Source: Thelocarpon superellum
Taxonomy: Eukaryota
Length of the DNA stretch: 41,719 nt
NCBI GenBank assembly: GCA_026025795.1
Contig: JAPEUG010000118.1
Span: forward strand, 1-41,719
Reading direction: 5' to 3'
Shown here: positions 33,801 to 41,719 of the stretch, piece after piece
How the letters are laid out: each line of letters starts with the position of its first letter
Position numbering within the stretch: position 1 is the first letter of the stretch
The notes under the pieces: generated by a model
Told to the model about the DNA's origin: nothing
Databases searched by the model: none
The model's input: the letters and a program-made list of their open reading frames with translations, nothing else
Position numbers and translations under genes: made by a program

Positions 33801-36800
33801 TCGTCATGGTCAAGCAGTTGGCGGGCCGCATGACGGACAAGATCCAGGCCACCATTTTGATCGTCCTGCGCCACGTCATTGAGGACGAGGAGACACTACG
33901 ACACATCATGCGCAGCGAGATCAAGGCCTTCTTTGAGACCCGACAGAGCACGCGACAACTCGACACGAATGGCTACGTCCGGAGCCTCTATCATCTTGTG
34001 CTGCGCGCGCCAGAAATCTTTACGGAGATCTCTGGTGACATGCTGAAGCTGGTTCGATTCGATCCAAGTCAGCGCCACCAGATGCTTGCCCTGAAGGATG
34101 TGGCCCGGCCCACGATTGATGAGCCCGCGGAGGCGACGGAGCCGGCCGCTTCGACCACGACGGCAAACGCAAGCACAAAGCAGCCTGCGGATATGTCTCC
34201 GTCTGCGGCCGCGACCGACAAGCCCTCCAAGGCTTCTCATACCGAAGTCAAGGCACCCGTGGTGGAGCATCCAGACGGGGTCATCCACTACCTCCTATCT
34301 GAGCTGCTCTCGTACAAGGACGTGGACGACACCGAGGGGTCGCCTGCGGCATTTCGGAAGGATGCAGCGGTGACAAGCCCAGAGCTAGACACGGCGAACG
34401 GCGGGGCGTCTAGCGCAACCCCGACCGGGACCAGTCCGGGCTCCGCCGCGACGCCAACGGCGGGCAAGAAGATGGACAAGTCCGAGTTCCACGCCGACCA
34501 GCATCCCATCTACATCTATCGCTGCTTCCTGCTGCAATGTCTGACCGAGCTCCTGTCCTGCTACAACCGCACGAAGGTGGAATTCATCAACTTCTCGCGC
34601 AAGACGGCGCCGCAGGTCATGACGCCTTCCAAACCCCGCTCTGGCGTGCTCAATTATCTCCTCACCGATCTCATCCCTGTGGGCACGTTGGAGCACGCGG
34701 AGGAGGTGGGCTTCCGTAAGAGATTTTCGACCTCGAACTGGACCATTGCCACCGTCGTCGCCCTGTGCTCCAAGACAGGCGAGCGTGGCTTTGACCGCCG
34801 GCGCGAGACGTCAGATGGTGACGACGAGCCCGATCTCCTCTTCGTGCGCAAATTTGTGCTGGAGCACGCCCTCAAGGCCTATCGTGACGCCAGCAGCGCC
34901 GTCGAGCCTCTCGACCGCAAGTACGCACGCATGCTGAGTCTGGCCGATCTCTTCCACCGCATGTTGACGGGCCGGCCCATCTCCGGTGGCAACACCGCGA
35001 CGACGGAGATGATCTATGCCTCGCAGCGACAGCTGGCGCGCATCATGTTCGAGAAGAACTACATTGCCGCTCTGACCAACTCCGTGGCCGACATCGACCT
35101 CAACTTTCCTGCCGCGAAACGTGCGGTCAAGTACATCCTCCGACCCCTGAAGCAGTTGACTCAGACCGCCATCGAGCTCAGCGAGTCCGCCAGCACCGTC
35201 AGCGCCCCCTCTCAGCCCGAGGAGGACGAGATTTCCTCGGCTACGTCCGTGTCAGACGAGGTCGAGGACGGGCGTGAGGAGACGCCGGATCTGTTTCGCA
35301 ACTCCACCTTGGGCATGTTCGAGCCCGGTCGCGAGCAGGAATCCAGCTCTGAGTCATCCGACGGCGATGAGGACATGTATGACGACGAATACGGGGAAGG
35401 CATGGAGTATGACGACGAGGGTGTCGAGGACGATGGCGATGTCGTGAGCGAGGACGAAGACGACGAAGATGCCACTGGCCTTGATCACCTGCAGAATCTT
35501 CCAGGTAGCCTGGGTCTCAACGTCCAACTCGTCCTCAATCAAGAGCCATCGCAAGGCATGACGGATGATGACGAGGAAGATGGTGAAGACGATGAGGAGG
35601 ACGGCGAGGGGGATGACGAGGATGACTCTGAGGACGAGGACGATGAAGATGACGATGATGACGACGAGGCGGATGAGCACGAGATTGATCAAGACTTTGA
35701 TGCAGAGGAGGCCGCGGTTGCCCAGGCCGAGGATGCCGAGGCCGAGGGAGAGGAATGGCAGAGCGAGGACGAGGAAGATGAAGAAGTGGACGATTACGAT
35801 GGCGCCGAGGACATGATTCGCACCCTCGTCCCACGCGATAGCCCGCTCGAGCACATCGTCCGTGCCCTCGAAGGGGACAATGGCAGCGACATGCTGCACC
35901 ATCTCGGCCCTGCTGACCTCCACCACCGCCCAATCAACCTCGACGCCGAGGGCAACTACCTTGAAGATGCGATGGACGAAGACGAGGATGACGAGGATGA
36001 CGACGAAGATGCCATGGATGAGGAGGAGGACGCCATCTACGAAGAAGAATTCGACGAGGACGCCGCCTTCCCCACTCTTCCCTACAATTGGGATGGCGAC
36101 GGCGAGGCCCCCATCACGGCCCGAGGACAGCCCAACCATCATCATCATCACCACCACCATCCGCATAATCGTCGTGGTGCCGGTCCCTGGTCGCATTTCC
36201 TCGACGGGGGTCGCGACCCCGGTATGGTGGTGCCTACCTTCCGCTCCCATCGACCGGGTGGCGGTGGCAGTCGTAGACCCGATGACGGCACGAACCCGCT
36301 GCTACACCGCACGGGCGGGCCGCCGTCGGCTTCTCTCATCGGCCGCTCCAGTCGACATGACCCGTTGAGCGACTGGGCTGGACCTGATTCCGCCCCGCGC
36401 GTCAGCGCGTTGCATGAGAGCCCCGTGTCGCTTATCAACAATCTCATCAACGCCATTGGACATGGACCGGGGGCACTGAGTGGGATGCAGCATCACGGCG
36501 GCGCGCTCCACTTCCAGATCGCGGGCAGCTCCTTTCCTGGCAACATGCCCGGCGAAATCCAGGCCATGCTTGGCTTCCGACGCACCCCGCCCGAAGGGCC
36601 GCGTACCAACCGCGACGACCCCGCGCAAGTGGTGAACTTCGTGCCCTCGGTCACGTCGGGACGTTGGCAAGAGGAAGCGCGTATTCTGTTTGGGGCTGAG
36701 TTTGCCGAGAAGACTCATCGCGTGGTGAACGCCCTCCTTGCGCAGCTGGTGCCACCAGCACTGGAGGAGGCAGGGATCCGTCGCGAACGAGCGGCGGCCG

Positions 36801-39800
36801 AGCTGCGGCAGCTGCAGCTGGAGAAGGACCAGCAAGCAGAGGAGGAGCGCCTCAACAAAGAAGAGGCCGCGCAGCAGGCTCAGGCTCAGGCGCAACGTGA
36901 GGCCGAGGAGCGTACCGCGGCCATGGCAGAGGCGGCGGCAGCAGCCGCGGCGGCCACAGACGAGCCTACCGACGTGGGTCACACCGGTCCGACGCTGCCC
37001 GGTCCCAACGTCACCGAAAACCAGGAGGCCATGGAAGGCGTCGAAGTCACGCATACCCCGGCCACTCATCCACCGGATGAGGCCACCGCTGGACCATCGA
37101 CCTCCGGGGCTCCGCGGATCCACTCGACCCTTCGCGGCTACGCACTCGACATCACGGATATGGACATTGACCCGGAATATCTTGCGGCGCTGCCGGACGA
37201 GCTCCGCGATGAGGTATTGCTCCAACAACTCGCCGAGCAGCGCTCACAACGCGTCGCGACTGGCGAGCAACCGACGGACATCAGCCCTGAATTCCTCGAG
37301 GCCCTACCCGACGAGATCCGTGAGGAATTGCTAGAACAAGAAGCGCAAGACCGCCGCCGACGTGAGCGCGAGGAAGCCCGACGGAACACCGCGGCTCCCA
37401 ACAACTCAGGCGCGGCCGCAGGCGATGACATGGATCCCGCCACGGTCTTGGCCACCCTCGATCCCGGCCTACGACAAGCCATCCTGATGGAGCAGGACGA
37501 GGATGTCTTGGCCCAGCTCCCTCGCGCCATTGCGGCCGAGGCCCGGGCGCTCGGCGGTGAACGGCTCCTCCGGCATCACCTCATGGGCGATCCACGCGCT
37601 GGACGTCCGCGAATCGGCCTCGACCTGGACGGCAGTCGCGCGGCGGCGGCGGCGGCGGCGGCGGCGAAGAAACAGCCGCGCCGCACCATCGTGCAGATGT
37701 TGGACAAACCTGGCGTCGCCACGCTCTTGCGGCTCATGTTCATTCCGCAGACGGGGAGTGCACGACAGACGCTGAATGCCATTCTGCAGAATGTCTGTGA
37801 GAACCGGCAGACGCGGCATGAAGTGGTAACGCTGCTCCTATCCATCTTGCAAGACGGCAGCGCCGACATGACGGCGGTTGAGCGGAGCTTCGCCTACATG
37901 TCGCTCCGCGCTCGACAACCGCCCACGCCCAAGACGTCGCAGCCGCTCAAACGGACGGCGTCAGGAATGGCCACGGCCCCAGCCCCGACCCCGACCTCGA
38001 CCCCGGTGGCCGCCGCGCCGGTGGAGATGTCGCCGCTCATGGTGATCCAGCAATGCCTGAGCTCCTTGGTACTTTTAGTTCACTTCAACCCTCATATTCG
38101 CTCCTTCTTCTTGACCGAGCACGAGACCGCCATCGGCTTAAAGCGCACGAGCGGCAAGAAGGGCAAGGGCAAGGAAAAAGATGGCAAGGCGTCCCGTTTT
38201 GCCCTCAACGCCCTCCTGGGGCTCCTCGACCGCAAGATGATCATCGAGAGTTCGACGGTGATGGAACAACTCTCAAATCTCCTGAATAGCATCACCCATC
38301 CTTTGACCATGCTTCTCAAGAAAGACGCGCCCAACGAGGAGGCCGCGTCCACAGCCCTAGCCGCCACGACAGCGATGACGGCCATCACTGAACAAGCCGC
38401 ATCGACCCCGATACCGACGGAGGCGCCCACGCTGACGTCGGCTACCCTCGACGCGTCAGGCGCCGACCCGGTCCCCGATGGCCCAGGTACGTCCGCCACA
38501 GCCGCAACGGCGGTTGACGACGACGGCGCCAACAAGGCCAAGAAGCCACGGACACTGGTGCCACCTGTGATTCCAGATCACAACCTCCGGCTGATTGTCA
38601 AGATTCTCGCGGCACGCGAGTGCAGCGCCAAGACCTTCCGTGACACCCTCTCGACCATCAACAACCTCTCCGCCATTCCGGCGGCCAAGGAAGTCTTCGG
38701 GCAGGAGCTGGTTCGACAAGCGCAGACGCTCGGACAGTCCATTCTGGTGGACCTCACCGAGCTGATCCCGCAGATTCAAAAGGCGCAGACGGGCACGGAC
38801 GTGCAAGGCATGGCGCTGGCCAAATTCTCGCCGGCCAGCTCCGACCAGGCCAAGCTCCTACGCGCCCTCACCGCGCTCGACTATCTCTTTGACCCGAAGA
38901 AGGCGGGTAGCGGGGCGACATCGTCAGACACACCGGATTTGCTCTCTCGACTGTACGACAACGCGACGTTCGGGCCGCTCTGGGCCAAATTGAGCGAGTG
39001 CCTCGCCGTGATCCGGCAACGGGAGAATATGCTCAACGTCGCTACGATCCTGCTCCCCTTGATCGAGGCGCTCATGGTCGTGTGCAAAAACACGACGCTG
39101 CAGTCTGCTGCGCCATCGTCGAAGAAGGAGGCGGGCGAAGCGACGGACACGGCGATGGTGGGGAGTCCCATCCCCGCAGACCACGCCATCGAGAGCCTGG
39201 AACAGCTCTTCTTCAACTTCACGGAGGAGCATCGCAAAATCTTGAATGACTTGGTGCGGCATAGCCCCAAGCTCATGAGCGGCACCTTCAGCCTGCTGGT
39301 GAAGAACCCGAAGGTGTTGGAGTTCGACAACAAGCGCAACTACTTCACCCGGCGGCTGCACGCGCGCGGCGCCGAAAGCCGGCACTCGCAGCCGCCGCTG
39401 CAGCTCTCGGTGCGGCGCGACCAGGTGTTCCTGGACTCGTTCAAGTCGCTCTACTTCAAGACGGGCGAGGAGATGAAGTACGGCAAGCTCAGCATCCGCT
39501 TTCACGGCGAGGAGGGCGTGGACGCGGGCGGGGTGACGCGCGAGTGGTTCCAGGCCATGTCGCGACAGATGTTCAACCCGGACTACGCCCTCTTCCAGCC
39601 GGTCGAGTCAGATCGGACCAGCTTCCACCCGAACAAGCTCAGCGCCATCAACCCGGAGCATTTCATGTTCTTCAAGTTCATCGGGCGGATCATCGGCAAG
39701 GCGCTGTACGAGGGCCGGGTGCTGGACTGCCATTTCAGCCGGCCGGTGTACAAGCGCATCCTGGGCCAGTCAGTGTCGGTCAAGGATATGGAGAAGCTCG

Positions 39801-40596
39801 ATCTGTCCTACTACACGTCGCTCCGGTGGATGCTGGACACGCCCGACGTGCACCTGCTCGACCTGACCTTTGTGGCGGAGTCCGATGCCTTTGGCGAACA
39901 GAAGAGGGTCAACCTCAAGGAGAACGGACACCTGATCGCGGTGACGGACGAGAACAAGCATGAATACGTCCGGCTCATGGCGGAGCATCATCTGACGGGC
40001 TCCATTCAAGAGCAGCTCGAGCATTTCCTACGTGGTAAGTGTGGACGTGGACGCGTCCGCGATGCGACAGGGGATCACGGACTGACGGAGATCTGACAGG
40101 ATTCCACGACATCGTGCCGGCCGAGCTGATTTCCATCTTCAGCGAGCAGGAGCTGGAGCTGCTCATCTCCGGCTTACCCGACATCGACGTGGACGACTGG
40201 AAGAACAACACGGAATATCACAACTACACGGCGTCGTCACCGCAGATGCAGTGGTTCTGGCGGGCGGTGCGATCGTTTGACAAGGAAGAGCGGGCCAAGC
40301 TGCTACAGTTCGTGACGGGGACGAGCAAGGTGCCGCTCAATGGCTTCAAGGAGCTCGAGGGGATGAACGGCTTCAGTCGGTTTAACATCCACCGTGACTT
40401 TGGCAGCAAGGACCGCCTCCCCAGCTCGCACACGTGCTTCAATCGTGAGTCCGCCGCGCACCTTTCCGTCTCGGGGGACGAGAGACTAATGCGGTATGCA
40501 GAGCTCGACCTACCCGAATATGATAGTTACGAAATGCTGCGAAAACAGGTCTTCCTGGCGATGACGGTGGGAAGCGAGTACTTTGGGTTTGCATAA
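27824..40596 (+). CDS. TOM1: HECT E3 ubiquitin ligase Tom1/HUWE1; model join(27824..27871,27932..40034,40100..40444,40502..40596)
   Basis: About 4200 aa. N-terminal [19 protein letters not shown] and [16 protein letters not shown]-like segment ([24 protein letters not shown]); long Asp/Glu tract; UBM repeats ([36 protein letters not shown]); HECT domain ([15 protein letters not shown]...[16 protein letters not shown]...YFGFA). Introns 27872-27931, 40035-40099 and 40445-40501. Confidence 0.96.
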
Positions 40597-41104
40597 GCGG
40601 TGGCGGTGGGGACCTCGCCGGGCCACGGGGCATTACACCGGCGCTCTCCCTCGCTCACGACGTCGGATGGGATGTGGGGGGAATGGGCATTCCGACAGTG
40701 CGGACGACGGTGACGGACGTGGATGGGATGGAGGAAGGCCGGGCGATGTGCAGATTGTCTGGTCGTGACTCTATCCGCTCCATCTGTCCCTCGCCCATCA
40801 CTTCTTGCTCTCTAATTGATATTGATATGATGGTCACCTCACCCTGCTTCTCTGTATGCTTTTGTACTTTTACTTAGCATCAATGAAGACTGTTCCTTGA
40901 CGTGTGATGGATGTGCGGTGGCTTGAGAGAGACCGGTGCTACGGCCAGGGTATCGGGGGGTTACTGGGATGCATGGTGCATGGGCGCCGGGGACGTAATA
41001 GAGCGTAACGGGGCGTACGGCGGGCGGTTGGGCGGTCGAGGCGAGAAGAAGTTGTTCGCCAACACCCAAGACCGACCGCCGAGCACCGGACTCGTCGGAC
41101 TTCA

Positions 41105-41133
41105 CCCCGCCCCACCCCACCCCACCCCACCCC
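41105..41133 (-). repeat. (CCCCR)x6 array upstream of PRS; six G4 runs on the minus strand
   Basis: cccc g cccc a cccc a cccc a cccc a cccc read directly. Confidence 0.85.
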
Positions 41134-41245
41134 GCCAGACTCGGCCAAGATCAAACCAAAAGAGTCATGGGACGGTGACATTGACCCACCACGCACATTA
41201 CATCCTCTCTTCCGCTCCTCATTCTCCTCCGCCTTCCCACCCACC

Positions 41246-41719
41246 ATGGCGACGAACTCCATCAAACTGTTGACGGGCAACAGCCACCCTCAACTTGCCA
41301 AGCTGGTAGCAGATCGGTATGTAGCGCCACGCCGCCCTGCGCCGCTCCGCTCCGCGGTGCCCCTATCCCCGCTGGCCCACCGTGGTTCTTGGAAGCTACA
41401 GCTAACGGCAAACGCCCCTTGACTCTAGTCTCGGGATCGAACTCACGAAAATCATGGTGTTGCAATACTCGAACCAAGAAACGTCGGTGACGATTGGCGA
41501 ATCCGTGCGGGACGAAGACGTCTTCATCCTGCAGTCCACGGCCCCGGGCGACATCAACGACGGCCTGATGGAGCTCCTGATCATGATCAACGCGTGCAAG
41601 ACCGCGTCCGCGCGTCGCATCACCGCCGTCATCCCCAACTTTCCCTACGCCCGCCAGGACAAGAAGGACAAGTCGCGGGCGCCGATCAGCGCGAAGCTCA
41701 TCGCGAACATGCTGCAGAC
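41246..41719 (+). CDS. PRS3: Ribose-phosphate pyrophosphokinase (PRPP synthetase), Prs3-like, 3'-truncated by the window edge; join(41246..41316,41429..>41719)
   Basis: CCACCATGG start context. [60 protein letters not shown]...[54 protein letters not shown]. Intron 41317-41428 (GTATGT..GCTAAC..TAG). The paralog number is less certain than the family. Confidence 0.9.

Overview
GC-rich, intron-containing genomic DNA of a filamentous ascomycete (Pezizomycotina-like: mostly 50-65 nt GT-AG introns with CTRAY-type branch sites). Eleven protein-coding genes can be modelled by hand: an F-box protein (-), tRNA m5C methyltransferase NCL1/TRM4 (-), a PLAC8/DUF614 Cys-rich protein (+), a class II aldolase/adducin-domain protein (+), a fungal hypothetical protein (-), mitochondrial DEAD-box helicase MSS116/CYT-19 (+), a Zn2Cys6 + TALE-homeodomain + C2H2 transcription factor (-) divergent from a SAM-dependent O-methyltransferase (+), a Gyp5-like Rab-GAP (+), the HECT E3 ligase TOM1 (+) and the 5' part of a PRS3-type PRPP synthetase (+). 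I recognised no rRNA, tRNA, CRISPR array or transposon. The most interesting candidates are: (i) the head-to-head TF/O-methyltransferase module with a composite CGG/TGACAG site in the shared promoter; (ii) intergenic clusters of nested inverted repeats (21929-22112, 25769-26175, 26812-27018) suggesting structured RNA; (iii) translational-control signatures (long ATG-free TOM1 leader with uORFs, a possible non-AUG extension of the aldolase, frame-preserving introns). All of these are hypotheses from manual reading.
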